Assembly: GCA_002633005.1 (NCBI GenBank)
Contig: NMRA01000030.1
Span: forward strand, 1,572,453-1,636,452
Reading direction: 5' to 3'
Origin: Phoronis australis
Taxonomy: Eukaryota > Animalia > Phoronida
DNA: 64,000 nucleotides
Part shown: in pieces, positions 63,449 through 64,000 of the stretch
How the letters are laid out: every line of letters begins with the position of its first letter
Numbering within the stretch: position 1 is the first letter of the stretch
Made by a program: the position numbers and the translations under genes
The notes under the pieces: model-generated
The model's input: only the letters and a program-made list of their open reading frames with translations
Database searches by the model: none
Told to the model about the DNA's origin: nothing

Positions 63449-64000
63449 CTGAAACACACAAACACAGACTTATATGCACAAGATCGGCAAAATTACACAC
63501 TAACATGATGAAAAAACATTATTTTATTCTTTCAACTAAATTACATAAGTCTGGTTTTTTGCACAAACCAAAGCATGATTTCAGTGACATTTAATTACTT
63601 TTAGCACACTGTTGCTGGAGTCAACTACTTAATAACAAAATGATTGCCGAGACTCAGTGTGAAATTATTGATAATAATTATCCATTCAATAATGTCATGT
63701 CCTCACACAAAACAACTTGTCCTGAACATGTAGAGCTTGGCAAAATGGTTGTTAATTATTTGGACTTTTCCTGCCATGTTCAGGATATTTCTCAACATTA
63801 AAATGCAGATTGCCAGTAGCGGATGGCATAAGTTCATAAAGTGATCAACAAAACATGAACGTGTTAAGGCTATTAGATGATTTAGCATGAGAAAAAAGGC
63901 AAATAACATAGAAAATAAATCTGAAACTAAATAAGGCGATCCAGATCCTCCCAAGGATACTATTGTTTCATGAAATGTAGAATATAAATCGGTAAATAAA

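Overview
Eukaryotic, AT-rich, intron-rich invertebrate-type genomic DNA (probably a lophotrochozoan or invertebrate deuterostome; this is an inference). Four spliced minus-strand genes were reconstructed by hand with consistent intron phases: (1) a 3-exon gene for a ~252-aa secreted protein joining a PAN/apple domain to a jacalin-like lectin domain (9348-16618; two of its exons are absent from the ORF track); (2,3) two tandem 4-exon SDR9C/retinol-dehydrogenase-like paralogs (19376-29136, with a GC-AG intron, and 31923-38944); (4) the 3' nine exons of a short-tailed class I myosin (Myo1D-like, 56272-63448). Introns and intergenic DNA are packed with transposons: TTAA-flanked Kolobok-type elements including THAP + KolX deletion derivatives, a long-TIR Academ element, an AcademH-like non-autonomous element nested three deep in itself with distinct 9-bp TSDs, a set of 5-bp-TSD hAT5-like MITEs, a Sola-like transposase pseudogene, an RTE LINE, tRNA-derived SINEs, and Tc1, Penelope and LTR remnants. 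A 378-bp duplication around an N at 58176 is probably an assembly artefact. All coordinates were counted by hand and no database searches were run.
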